From the NCBI GenBank assembly GCA_946484195.1, contig CAMLSW010000003.1:1-46806 (forward strand): a stretch of DNA of 46,806 nucleotides, written 5' to 3'. The translations under genes and the position numbers were made by a program. Position 1 is the stretch's first letter; every line of letters starts with the position of its first letter. This DNA is from an uncultured Clostridia bacterium (GTDB lineage: Bacteria > Bacillota > Clostridia > Christensenellales > UBA1242). The notes beneath the pieces were generated by a model that saw only the letters and a list, made by a program, of their open reading frames with translations, searched no databases and was not told where the DNA came from. This document shows positions 9,718-19,073 of the stretch, piece by piece.

Positions 9718-10534
9718 TGTTATTCTTGCTGTGATAGTGTTGATTGTAATACTATCTTTTACTGTTTTTTCACTTAAAAGTGTGGAAGTTGACTTCCGAA
9801 CAAACAAGGTTTACATCACCGCCACCGATGAAGAGATTATCGAGTCTGGCGAGTTTGATTATGGCGGAAGCGTATTTTTTAAGAACAAAGATAAATATAT
9901 AGATAAAATTGAGCGCGCAAATCCATATGTAAAAGTTGTCAATATCGAGGTTAAATTTCCGTCAAAATATCTCATCCATATAGCCGAGAGGCAAGAGGTT
10001 TTTGCGGTAGAGCATAACGGCTTATTTTATATCTGCGACGAAGAATTTAAAGTTCTTCGCATTGCCGATGAGTTTAATAGTGACCAAACAAATGCTATGC
10101 TTGTGACAGGGCTAAATATGCTTGGAACAAGCTATGCGGTCGGCGAGTTTATGAACGTGCAGGGATATTTACCAATCTACTCTGCTTTATATGAGAATAA
10201 TAGACCTCTTGGTGACCAAGTCTCTATCATAGAAAGTATAGAGTTTACTAGCATATATGACGACAATATTAATGTTGAGCAAGAGGCGATAATTTTAAAT
10301 TTCTTTAACGGACAAACCTATAAAATAATCAATGCAAATTACGGACTTGTTTATAAAACCGAACTTATGCTCGATGTATTTTCGCAAATTTTTAATTTTA
10401 TTGGCAAGGAGTATAACGGCGCTATAATAACCGAAGAAAATCTTAGAAATGTAACAGTTGAGATAAGAAACTATTATGACTATAGGGTTTATGGCGAAGA
10501 AGATTGCTATTTTACTTTGATATTTAATAATTAA
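9689..10534 (+). CDS. divIB: Cell division protein FtsQ/DivIB
   Basis: Single N-terminal TM helix, POTRA-like segment (PYVKVVNIEVKFPSKYLIHIAER), located between murA and ftsA. Confidence 0.75.
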   Translation: MKKGWIIAISVILAVIVLIVILSFTVFSLKSVEVDFRTNKVYITATDEEIIESGEFDYGGSVFFKNKDKYIDKIERANPYVKVVNIEVKFPSKYLIHIAERQEVFAVEHNGLFYICDEEFKVLRIADEFNSDQTNAMLVTGLNMLGTSYAVGEFMNVQGYLPIYSALYENNRPLGDQVSIIESIEFTSIYDDNINVEQEAIILNFFNGQTYKIINANYGLVYKTELMLDVFSQIFNFIGKEYNGAIITEENLRNVTVEIRNYYDYRVYGEEDCYFTLIFNN

Positions 10535-10546
10535 CCAAAATTCATT

Positions 10547-10575
10547 AAAAATCAGTTTAAAACGCTGATTTTTTT
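10547..10575 (+). terminator. Intrinsic terminator
   Basis: AAAAATCAG-N9-CTGATTTTT plus T-run after divIB. Confidence 0.6.
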
Positions 10576-10691
10576 GTTTTTTTAAATAATGTTAATAATA
10601 TATAACTAAACATATTTATTAATTATATAATAAATTTTGTCTAGTTGTTGACAATAACTTATTTTTGAGTTATTATTTTACTAGGTGAAGA

Positions 10692-11819
10692 ATGAAAAAT
10701 AATTTTGTTTTAGTGTTTGACATAGGTTCATTAAAATTACGCTCTATCTTTGCTGGATGCGGTCTTAACAACACCTTTAATATTAGAGGATATAAGGAGT
10801 ATGATTATGACGGGTTCTATCAAGGCGAATTTATTATGCCAGAAAAATTATCTCCGCTTATGGAGCAAATCATTTCCGACCTTGATGTAAACACTAAAGA
10901 GATTGATAAAGTTTATATTGGCGTGCCTGCAGAGTTTTCTTCGGTTTCGCGCACAGAGGTGTCAATCAACTTTGGCTCAAGACGCAAGGTGAAGAAAGCT
11001 GATATAGATTCGTTATTTTATATGGCAAGCGAAAAAGCCAAGAATGCAAGCGTTGAGGTGGTGAGCGTCAATCCGATTTCCTATAATCTTGACGATGGGC
11101 GCCTTTCACTTGACCCAATAGGTGAGATTGCCTCAAGCATAACCGCAAATCTATCTATAGTATATGGCGACAAAAAGTTCATAGATATGTTTAACGCCTT
11201 GGTGGCAGGATTTGGCTTTGCATCGGTTGAGTATATATCAGAGCCTCTTAGCCAAGCGCTCTACATAGTGCCAAAGGAAAAGCGAGAGGACCTATCTCTT
11301 CTTATTGATGTAGGAGACCTTACAACTAGTATATCCTTTGTGAAGGGCAATGGACTTTACGCTCTTACCAGTTTTTCAAGAGGTGGCGGTTTCATTACAA
11401 ACGACCTTGCAGAGGCCTTTGACCTTTCGATGAATGAGGCTGACAAACTTAAAAGACAGATAGTGTTATCACTAAAAGGCAAGCCAAATGACTTTTATGA
11501 GCTTACAGCAGACCTTGGAAAAACTATAAAGATACCTTTGAATAGTGCGAACGAGGTGGTGGGGTATAGAATAGACGAACTTTCAGAGGTTATCGCAAAA
11601 TGTGTACAACTAAACACTAGAGAGTTCTTGCAATATCTTCCAACCTATCTTACAGGAGCAGGGATAAGCAAGATTAAGGGAGGGCGTGACTATCTTGCAA
11701 AAGGGCTTGGACGCAATGTAAGCTACGGAAAGCCTCCACTTCCTGGCAAGGATAAGCCCGAACTTGCTTCGATATATTCGCTTTTAAATAGTGCGCTATA
11801 TGCAAGTGAGCAAAACTAG
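10692..11819 (+). CDS. ftsA: Cell division protein FtsA
   Basis: Actin-like motifs FDIGS, IDVG, GGGFITNDLA and LTGAG; directly upstream of ftsZ. Confidence 0.88.
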   Translation: MKNNFVLVFDIGSLKLRSIFAGCGLNNTFNIRGYKEYDYDGFYQGEFIMPEKLSPLMEQIISDLDVNTKEIDKVYIGVPAEFSSVSRTEVSINFGSRRKVKKADIDSLFYMASEKAKNASVEVVSVNPISYNLDDGRLSLDPIGEIASSITANLSIVYGDKKFIDMFNALVAGFGFASVEYISEPLSQALYIVPKEKREDLSLLIDVGDLTTSISFVKGNGLYALTSFSRGGGFITNDLAEAFDLSMNEADKLKRQIVLSLKGKPNDFYELTADLGKTIKIPLNSANEVVGYRIDELSEVIAKCVQLNTREFLQYLPTYLTGAGISKIKGGRDYLAKGLGRNVSYGKPPLPGKDKPELASIYSLLNSALYASEQN

Positions 11820-12053
11820 AAAACAATATTTTCTAAAATCTTTCAAAATTTTTTATAAATACCCTTGATATTTTTGAAAAGTTTGCTATAATTAGAAATG
11901 TATAATTATGCATAAATTAATAGGAAAAATGAAAATTTATGCATTTTCTAAAAAATTTTTATTGTTTTGATTGCAAATTTATTCAAAATATATTACAATA
12001 TAGACAATAAAAGGAATAGCTAAGGCAAGATTGCCAAAGCAAAGGAGAGTTTT

Positions 12054-13253
12054 ATGGATAATATGAGAACTTCTGTTGCAAAAATCAAAGTCGTAGGTGT
12101 AGGCGGTGGTGGTAACAATGCTGTTAACCGTATGATTGATGCAGGCGTTAGCTCTGCTGAGTTTGTAGCTGTCAACACAGACCAACAAGCACTTTTAATC
12201 AGCAAGGCTGAAACAAGACTTCAAATTGGGGAGCGTTTGACAAACGGTCTTGGCGCTGGCGCTAGACCAGAGATTGGTCAAAAGGCTGCTGAAGAGAGCA
12301 AGACTTCAATAACAGAGATGCTTAAAGGTACTAACCTTGTATTTATTACCGCTGGTATGGGTGGCGGAACTGGTACGGGCGCCGCTCCTGTAATTGCTCA
12401 AATTGCAAAGGAACTTGGCATATTAACAATTGCAGTCATTACAAAGCCGTTCAGTTTTGAAGGGCCTGTCAGAGCTAAAAACGCAGAAGAAGGCCTTGAG
12501 AAACTACGTAAATATGTCGATGCCCTTGTAGTTATTCCTAATGAGAAACTACTTCAAATCGTTCCTAAGAAAACACCTATTTCTGAATCTTTTAGGTTTG
12601 CTGATGACGTGCTTAGGCAGGGCGTTCAAGGTATATCTGACCTTATTGTATATCCTGGACTTATCAACCTTGACTTTGCTGACGTTACTACAATTATGAA
12701 AGATAAGGGCCTTGCTCATATGGGTATTGGTTACGGCACAGGTGACAATAAAGCGCTTGACGCTGTTAAGCAAGCTGTTGCAAGCCCACTTCTTGAAACT
12801 ACTATTGAAGGCGCAACTGGAATACTTATCAATATCAAAGGTGGTAGTGACTTAACTCAAGATGATGTTAGCGAATCGGCTGCACTTGTTAGAGAAGTTG
12901 TTGATAAGGGATGTAACATCATAGTCGGAACTTGTATTGACGAAAATATGCACGACGAAGTAGAAATTACTTTGATTGCAACAGGTTTCCCAAGTCCTAA
13001 CGATGAAAAGAGGGAAGAAGAAAAAAGAAAAGAGGTTGAGAACGCTCGCTCCATTGGTAATATGGGACAAAAACCAAAATTTGATGCAAGAAGTATGTTT
13101 TCAAATTATGTGCAAAAAGAGAGAGAGGAAGAAGCTGCTAAACCAAATGTTTCTTTAGAAAGCCATAATGATATTGCATCATCAAGAGTTGACGTAAAAT
13201 CAACAAATGTTCCACCTTGGATAGAAAAACTTAGAAAGAATAAGAAAGGTTAA
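12054..13253 (+). CDS. ftsZ: Cell division protein FtsZ
   Basis: [10 protein letters not shown], tubulin signature GGGTGTG, INLDFAD and a C-terminal VPPW peptide. Confidence 0.98.
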   Translation: MDNMRTSVAKIKVVGVGGGGNNAVNRMIDAGVSSAEFVAVNTDQQALLISKAETRLQIGERLTNGLGAGARPEIGQKAAEESKTSITEMLKGTNLVFITAGMGGGTGTGAAPVIAQIAKELGILTIAVITKPFSFEGPVRAKNAEEGLEKLRKYVDALVVIPNEKLLQIVPKKTPISESFRFADDVLRQGVQGISDLIVYPGLINLDFADVTTIMKDKGLAHMGIGYGTGDNKALDAVKQAVASPLLETTIEGATGILINIKGGSDLTQDDVSESAALVREVVDKGCNIIVGTCIDENMHDEVEITLIATGFPSPNDEKREEEKRKEVENARSIGNMGQKPKFDARSMFSNYVQKEREEEAAKPNVSLESHNDIASSRVDVKSTNVPPWIEKLRKNKKG

Positions 13254-13339
13254 TACATAGAAATTAATTATTTGATGTTTTAAATGGGTTTTAAAAATAT
13301 ATAAATAAAGCATAATAAAAATTAAATAATAAATTCATT

Positions 13340-13378
13340 AAAATAAGCTAAAAAATAACACTTTTAGCTTATTTTTTT
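13340..13378 (+). terminator. Intrinsic terminator
   Basis: AAAATAAGCTAAAA...TTTTAGCTTATTTT inverted repeat after ftsZ. Confidence 0.6.
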
Positions 13379-13426
13379 ATTGTTTTAATGGGGCGCTATA
13401 TTTTAAAATTGTAAAAAGGAGTTAAT

Positions 13427-14227
13427 ATGACTATTGTAATAGAAGAAACTCTTTTGATATGCCTTGTTTTAAATTCTTTTATTATAAAACTTACAGCAAT
13501 GTTTTTAAAAGATAGGGCAAGATTATGGCTGCTATCTGCTTTGATTGGAAGTATTATTTCAATAATGTTACCATTATTTCATATAAAAGTTATGTTAAAA
13601 CTTTTGATTGTAATCTTTTCTTGTAGCCTGCTTGTTTGCATATCCTTTAAATTTTCAAACTTTAAAAGATTTTTGGCTATTTTTGGTGTTTTTGTCTTGA
13701 CCACTTTTGTCTTTGGTGGAGGGTGCTATGCTGTTGAAAGCTTAATAGGTTCATACCCATTGTTCTGCGTGGCTATAATTGCTGTAGTTTTGTATGTAAT
13801 TTTGCGTGTTTTACTAATCTATCAGCAAAGAAGAGATAAACTGCAACGCTTTACCTATAATGTTACAATCAAAGATGGTGATAAGGTGATTTATGAGGAA
13901 GGCTATCTTGACAGCGGGAACGTGCTTTATGATACTATTACAAAAAAACCTATTATTCTTGTTACTTTTGATGTATTTAATAAGCTTTATCAAAATATTA
14001 ATTATATTAATGCCTTAACTAAAAATTTTGACAAATCAGTTATAAAGGATGGTCATTTTATAAAGATTAATGGTGTTGGCTCTGGGACGAACATTCTGGT
14101 TTTTACCATTGATGAGATGCTAATCAATAATGATAAATCATTTAAAGATGTTGCGGTTGGGCTATCATTTTCAAGTTTTGATAAAAGTTTTGGGAAGAAA
14201 ATACTTTTAAATAACGTGTTAATATAA
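13427..14227 (+). CDS. spoIIGA: Pro-sigmaE processing peptidase SpoIIGA
   Basis: Five N-terminal TM segments, GYLDSGN aspartic protease motif, upstream of sigE. Confidence 0.9.
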   Translation: MTIVIEETLLICLVLNSFIIKLTAMFLKDRARLWLLSALIGSIISIMLPLFHIKVMLKLLIVIFSCSLLVCISFKFSNFKRFLAIFGVFVLTTFVFGGGCYAVESLIGSYPLFCVAIIAVVLYVILRVLLIYQQRRDKLQRFTYNVTIKDGDKVIYEEGYLDSGNVLYDTITKKPIILVTFDVFNKLYQNINYINALTKNFDKSVIKDGHFIKINGVGSGTNILVFTIDEMLINNDKSFKDVAVGLSFSSFDKSFGKKILLNNVLI

Positions 14228-14236
14228 GGGGGATTT

Positions 14237-14965
14237 ATGAAAAGATTAATCTTTAAAATAAAATTATTTTTATATAACCTATTACATAGAGGCTCACTAC
14301 TCAATGAGCGCAACATTGTTTGCTATATTTGCGGTAATGACGAATTTTTGCCTCCGCTTGAAAGTGATGAAGAAAATAGACTGCTTTTGTTAAAAGAACA
14401 AGGGGATGTGCGCGCGACTGAAAAGCTGATCGAGCATAATCTTCGCCTTGTTGCATACATTGCCAAGAAGTTTGAAAACACAGGCCTTGAGTTTGAAGAT
14501 TTAATTTCAGTGGGAGCAATAGGGCTTATCAAGGCTGTACGTACCTTTAAACTCGATAAAAATATTAGACTTGCAACCTATGCATCTCGCTGTATTGAAA
14601 ATGAAATTTTAATGCAACTGCGAAAGGCATCAAAACTAAAAAATGATATAAGTCTCGATAAGCCTCTCTGTGAGGATAGCGATGGTAATCAACTGGTCCT
14701 CTCTGACATATTGCCTTGTGACGAAGATGTGGTTTCGCAGACGGTCGACGAGCCTGCAGATAGACAAATTATAAATGAGCTTATCGGCAGACTCAATGCC
14801 AGGGAGCAAGAAATTATGGTTTTGCGTTATGGGCTTATGGGACACCAAGAGCTTACGCAGAGAGAAGTAGCAATAAAATTAGGTATAAGCCAAAGCTATA
14901 TCTCGCGACTAGAAAAAAGAATATTAAATGATATGAGAGTTGAAATAGAAAAATTATCAAGTTAA
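14237..14965 (+). CDS. sigE: Sporulation sigma factor SigE
   Basis: Pro-sequence, then HNLRLVAYIAKKF, LATYASRCIENEILM and GISQSYISRLEKRI. Confidence 0.95.
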   Translation: MKRLIFKIKLFLYNLLHRGSLLNERNIVCYICGNDEFLPPLESDEENRLLLLKEQGDVRATEKLIEHNLRLVAYIAKKFENTGLEFEDLISVGAIGLIKAVRTFKLDKNIRLATYASRCIENEILMQLRKASKLKNDISLDKPLCEDSDGNQLVLSDILPCDEDVVSQTVDEPADRQIINELIGRLNAREQEIMVLRYGLMGHQELTQREVAIKLGISQSYISRLEKRILNDMRVEIEKLSS

Positions 14966-15400
14966 TTTATGTAAATTTGCCAAAAATTAAATAAAAAATC
15001 AATTTTTTGGCATTTTTTTACTATTTTTTATTAAAATCTAAAAAATATTTATTAATAACAACTTTTAATTTAATTTTGTATTTAACATAATTAATAAATG
15101 ATAATGAGAGTATAGGCAAATTAGCTGATTTTGTTGTATTTTTTGCATAAAATAGATAAAAACAAATAAAAATAATAAAAGATAAATTTAAAATAGTGAA
15201 AAACTGAAATAAAAAATAAAAGTAAATAATTAAAAATAATAGCAAAAATGTAAAAAAATTAATAAAAAATACATTAAAAACAATAAATTTAATCAAAAAT
15301 ACATATTAAAAATGAATTTTTATGTGATTTTTGTATAATTTTGTCTTACAGGTATACTTTTATTTTCTTTTGCAAATGATATACCTAATTGGGAGGGGGT

Positions 15401-16174
15401 ATGTCATCAAAAGTCAGTATTGCTGGTGTAGATACCACAAAGTTACCTAAACTTACCAACGATGATTTACTTGAGCTTATGAGAAAAGTTAAAGCAGGCG
15501 ACAGTAGGGCCCGTGATTATTTTGTGGTTGCAAACCTAAGGCTTGTGTTGTCTGTGGTGCATAGGTTTGGTAGCAAGGGTGACAGGGCGGATGATATGTT
15601 TCAAGTGGGCTGTGTGGGGCTTATGAAAGCTATTGACAATTTTGATGAAAGCTTAAATGTAAAGTTTTCAACCTATGCTGTGCCAATGATAGTTGGCGAG
15701 ATACGAAGATATCTTCGTGACAATAATTCGGTAAGAGTGAGTAGGTCGCTCCGAGACATTGCATACAAGGCGTTGCAGGCTAAGGATATTCTTGCAAAAA
15801 AGTCGGTCAATGAGCCTACAGTAGAAGATATTTCGCGTGCCATAAATGTTCCGGCAAAAACCATTACTTTTGCGCTTGATGCAATCAGTGATACCGTATC
15901 ACTTTCAGACCCTATTTATAGCGATGGTACCGAGACAATAGAACTTTTAGACCAGATAGCCGACACAAAAAATACTGACGACAATATTTATGAAAATATA
16001 TCAATAAAGGATGCAATCAAGGTATTGCCAGCTAGAGAAAAAGAGATTTTGCTGATGAGGTACTATGTTGGCAAAACGCAAACAGAGGTCAGTGAGGAGA
16101 TAGGCATTTCTCAAGCGCAAGTCTCCCGTCTTGAAAAGAACGCCCTAAAACATATAAAAGACTTTTTAGTCTAA
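15401..16174 (+). CDS. sigG: Sporulation sigma factor SigG
   Basis: KVSIAGVDTTKLP, FQVGCVGLMKAIDNFD and GISQAQVSRLEK; ATG 15401 after GGGAGG. Confidence 0.95.
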   Translation: MSSKVSIAGVDTTKLPKLTNDDLLELMRKVKAGDSRARDYFVVANLRLVLSVVHRFGSKGDRADDMFQVGCVGLMKAIDNFDESLNVKFSTYAVPMIVGEIRRYLRDNNSVRVSRSLRDIAYKALQAKDILAKKSVNEPTVEDISRAINVPAKTITFALDAISDTVSLSDPIYSDGTETIELLDQIADTKNTDDNIYENISIKDAIKVLPAREKEILLMRYYVGKTQTEVSEEIGISQAQVSRLEKNALKHIKDFLV

Positions 16175-16850
16175 GTGCATTATGCACTTTTTATCGTTGA
16201 GTGTACTTGTAATTTTATTGTATCTTGGTCCGGCAAACTTAGTTTGCATCAGTATCGTTTATTGTGTCTTGCGTTTTACTTTACCTTGGTCCGGCAAACT
16301 TAGTTTGCACCAGCCTTACGCTGGGCGCCAGCATTATGCTGGACAAGTATCGTTGAGCGTGTCTGTTGCTTAACTTTACCTTGGTCCGTCCCAACCTTAG
16401 GTTGGACCATTATCGTTTGGTGTACCTTTTATACGACTTTACCTTGGTCCGTCCGAGTTTGTTAAAGGAAAGAGGTGTCGACGACACCCAAGCTTAGCCA
16501 GCCTTACGCTGGGCGGTTATCGTTGAGTTTGTCTGTTATCGTGCTTTATCTTGGTCCGCCCGAGAAAACTTAAAGAAAAAGGGTGTCGACGACACCCAAA
16601 CTTAGTTTGCAAGCCTTACGCCAACCTTAGGTTGGACCATTATCGTTGAGTTTGTCTGTTATTGTGTTTTACCTTGGTCCTCCCCAACCTTAGATTGGAC
16701 CATTGTCGTTTAGTGTATCTGTAATTTTATTGTACCTTGGTCCGTCAAACTTAGTTTGGATCATTGTCGTTTAGTGTATCTGCTGTTTAACTTTACCTTG
16801 GTCCGGCAAAGAAAACTTAAAGAAAAAGGGTGTCAATGACACCCAAGCCC
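16173..16850 (+). repeat. Mosaic intergenic repeat array 3 (largest)
   Basis: Eight TCGT-N23-TA(C/T)CTTGGTCC modules separated by TTA-loop hairpins, and three GGTGTC-N3-GACACC hairpins. Confidence 0.93.
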
Positions 16851-16983
16851 ATAAAAAGGTCATTTTATTTGACATTTTTATAAAATAAAGTTAAAATAAA
16901 ATAACAAGAAATTGTCTTAAAAATGATGGATAATTAGGACTATAAGCACAAACAATGATATTATAAAAATTTCTTATTTTCTC

Positions 16984-17012
16984 TTGACAACGGGGCATTG
17001 GATGTGTATAAT
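16984..17012 (+). promoter_or_regulatory. sigmaA promoter upstream of the str operon leader
   Basis: Consensus TTGACA-17 bp-TATAAT. Confidence 0.8.
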
Positions 17013-17019
17013 ACTTCTC

Positions 17020-17500
17020 GTATGCTTCGTTGTCGGAGGCAATGCTTTTGATTGTACGTTTGAATTGCTATATTATTTTAAATTTGTTGACTATTATGTG
17101 ACTTTTTAAAAGTTTGCTTGGTCATAGGTACTTAAAATAATCGTAATCATTCAGTATGCGGTAGAATTAACAAAAATTCTAACGGAAAGCATAAACAAAC
17201 AGCAGGTGATTTGAGCTCTTGCAAAGATTGTTAGTTTTTGTTTATAACAAGGCTAGTGTTTACAAGAGGGTGCTGGTTGAAAGGCAAGCCATAAGGCTTG
17301 CTAAGAAAAACTTTTCAAGTTTTTCTAAAAATTTTTAAGGGACTTAAAAATTTTGCTTTCAACCGCGGTTAGTTTGTTATCAAATTGCCGATTCGCGAGA
17401 TTCTCGCGAAGTTGCACAAATAGGTGTAATCGTGTTGTTAATGTTTTACAAAGAAAAGCATTTTTTGTGCGCGACAACAAAGTGGTCGTGCATTTTTTAA
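17020..17500 (+). ncRNA. Candidate long structured leader or ncRNA upstream of rpsL
   Basis: Dense nested inverted repeats, including TATGCTT...AAGCATA, a cloverleaf at 17275-17364 and TTCGCGAGA-T-TCTCGCGAA; no credible ORF. Confidence 0.45.
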
Positions 17501-17584
17501 TGACAAAAATCTCTTATCTATTTATATATAGTTTATTTATAATAAATAATCATATAAAATAGGTAAGTTAAAAGGGGAAAAGGT

Positions 17585-17965
17585 ATGCCTACAATTAACC
17601 AACTTGTTAGAAAGGGAAGAGAGACATTTGAGAAGAAATCAAAAGCTCCACTTCTTGAAGAGTGCCCACAAAAGAGGGGTGTTTGTCTTTCTGTAAGAAC
17701 AGCTACACCAAAGAAGCCTAACTCAGCTCTTCGTAAGATTGCCAGAGTTAAACTTTCAAACGGAACTGAAGGAACTTGCTACATTCCAGGCGAAGGTCAC
17801 AACCTTCAAGAGCACAGCGTTGTTCTTGTAAGAGGCGGAAGAGTTAAGGACCTCCCAGGTGTTCGTTACCACATCATCCGTGGAACACTTGATACTGCTG
17901 GCGTTCAAAACAGAAAACAAGGCCGTTCTAAGTACGGTGCAAAGCGTCCTAAGAAAACAAAGTAA
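17585..17965 (+). CDS. rpsL: 30S ribosomal protein S12
   Basis: [19 protein letters not shown] and [10 protein letters not shown]. Confidence 0.99.
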   Translation: MPTINQLVRKGRETFEKKSKAPLLEECPQKRGVCLSVRTATPKKPNSALRKIARVKLSNGTEGTCYIPGEGHNLQEHSVVLVRGGRVKDLPGVRYHIIRGTLDTAGVQNRKQGRSKYGAKRPKKTK

Positions 17966-18016
17966 GCTTAGTGACAACTAAACATAAAAAATAATTTATT
18001 AAAAGGAGAAACAAAA

Positions 18017-18490
18017 ATGCCAAGAAGAAATAGTGCTGTCAAGAAAGATGTTCTTCCTGATCCAATTTACAATAGTAAAGTTGTTACTAAACTTGTAAAC
18101 CAAGTTATGGAATCTGGAAAGAAAGGACTTGCACAAAGAATAGTTTATGGTGCTTTTGATATAGTTAAAGAAAAATCTGGACAAGAGCCACTTGAAGTTT
18201 TTACAACTGCTCTTGAGAATATCAAGCCAGTTCTTGAGACAAAATCAAGACGTGTTGGTGGTGCAACTTATCAAGTACCTATGGAAATCAGACCTGAGAG
18301 ACGTCAAACTCTTGCTATCAGATGGATGGTAAGTTTTGCTAGAAAGAGAAGCGGTGAGCGCGGAATGGAAGCAAAGCTTGCTGGTGAAATCTTAGATGCC
18401 TACAACTCAACAGGTGCATCAATCAAGAGACGTGATGAAATGCACAGAATGGCTGAGGCGAACAAGGCTTTTGCTCACTTCCGCTGGTAA
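18017..18490 (+). CDS. rpsG: 30S ribosomal protein S7
   Basis: MPRR...[16 protein letters not shown] and [10 protein letters not shown]. Confidence 0.99.
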   Translation: MPRRNSAVKKDVLPDPIYNSKVVTKLVNQVMESGKKGLAQRIVYGAFDIVKEKSGQEPLEVFTTALENIKPVLETKSRRVGGATYQVPMEIRPERRQTLAIRWMVSFARKRSGERGMEAKLAGEILDAYNSTGASIKRRDEMHRMAEANKAFAHFRW

Positions 18491-18621
18491 TCAAACTTAA
18501 TTTGAACTTCGCATTGCGTCGTTTCTGTCAAGTGTCTAAAGACAGTCATTTAGGACTTACTAAACTCCTGCCTTTAGTCCTTGCCGAGCCTTGCACTGCT
18601 CGTTTAAATTAAGTTTGATTA
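18488..18621. mobile_element. ERIC-like miniature inverted-repeat element, 134 bp
   Basis: 20-bp terminal inverted repeats (19/20 match) TAATCAAACTTAATTTGAAC / GTTTAAATTAAGTTTGATTA with TA at both ends; core CAGTCATTTA-N8-TAAACTCCTG...CTTGCCGAGCCTT. Confidence 0.7.
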
Positions 18622-18911
18622 AATTGCTTCGAACAAGCATTAGACAAATATAAGGGAATTAGAACATTGCGTCGTTTCTGTCAAGTGCCTAAAGACAGTC
18701 ATTTAGGACTTACTAAACTCCTGCCTTTAGTCCTTGCCGAGCCTTGCACTGCTCGTTTAAATTAAGTTTGATTAAATTGCTTCGAACAAGCATTAGACAA
18801 ATATAAGGGAATTAGAACATTGCGTTGTTTCTGTCAAGTGCCTAAAGACAGTCATTTAGGATTTATTAAACTCCTGCCTTTAGCCCTTGCCGAGCCTTGC
18901 ACTGCTCGTTT
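18512..18911 (+). repeat. Tandem repeat, 153-bp period, about 2.6 copies
   Basis: CATTGCGT starts at 18512, 18665 and 18818; copies are near identical. Confidence 0.95.
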
Positions 18912-19073
18912 CTATATAATTTTGTTAAGACAGTGTTCGTTGATTGAGTATAACAAAATTTGCTCGCTTTTGATTTTAATTGCAAAAGCGGTCAGCGAAA
19001 AACAGCAAATAATTTGCAAAAAATGGCTTATATCCCCATTAAAATGGATATAAATTTAATTAGGAGAAAAAAT

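Noticed and set aside
15021-15296. 91-aa hydrophobic minus-strand ORF
   Set aside because: Artefact of an A-rich low-complexity intergenic stretch.
16190-16805. DGR template/variable repeat
   Set aside because: Variation is not confined to adenines on either strand, the copies are non-coding, and there is no reverse transcriptase in the window.
16173-16850. CRISPR array
   Set aside because: The spacer-like segments are homologous to each other, the period is irregular, the repeats are mosaic and dispersed, and there are no cas genes.
17260-17370. T-box or tRNA in the rpsL leader
   Set aside because: No contiguous GGTGG.ACCGCG antiterminator, and no T-loop, D-loop or CCA end.
17353-17562. 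69-aa ORF upstream of rpsL (L7Ae position)
   Set aside because: TTG start, no RBS, no L7Ae similarity, and it overlaps hairpins.
18820-19073. 77-aa ORF and N-terminal extension of EF-G
   Set aside because: The ORF reads through the repeat; the EF-G start with an RBS is at 19074.
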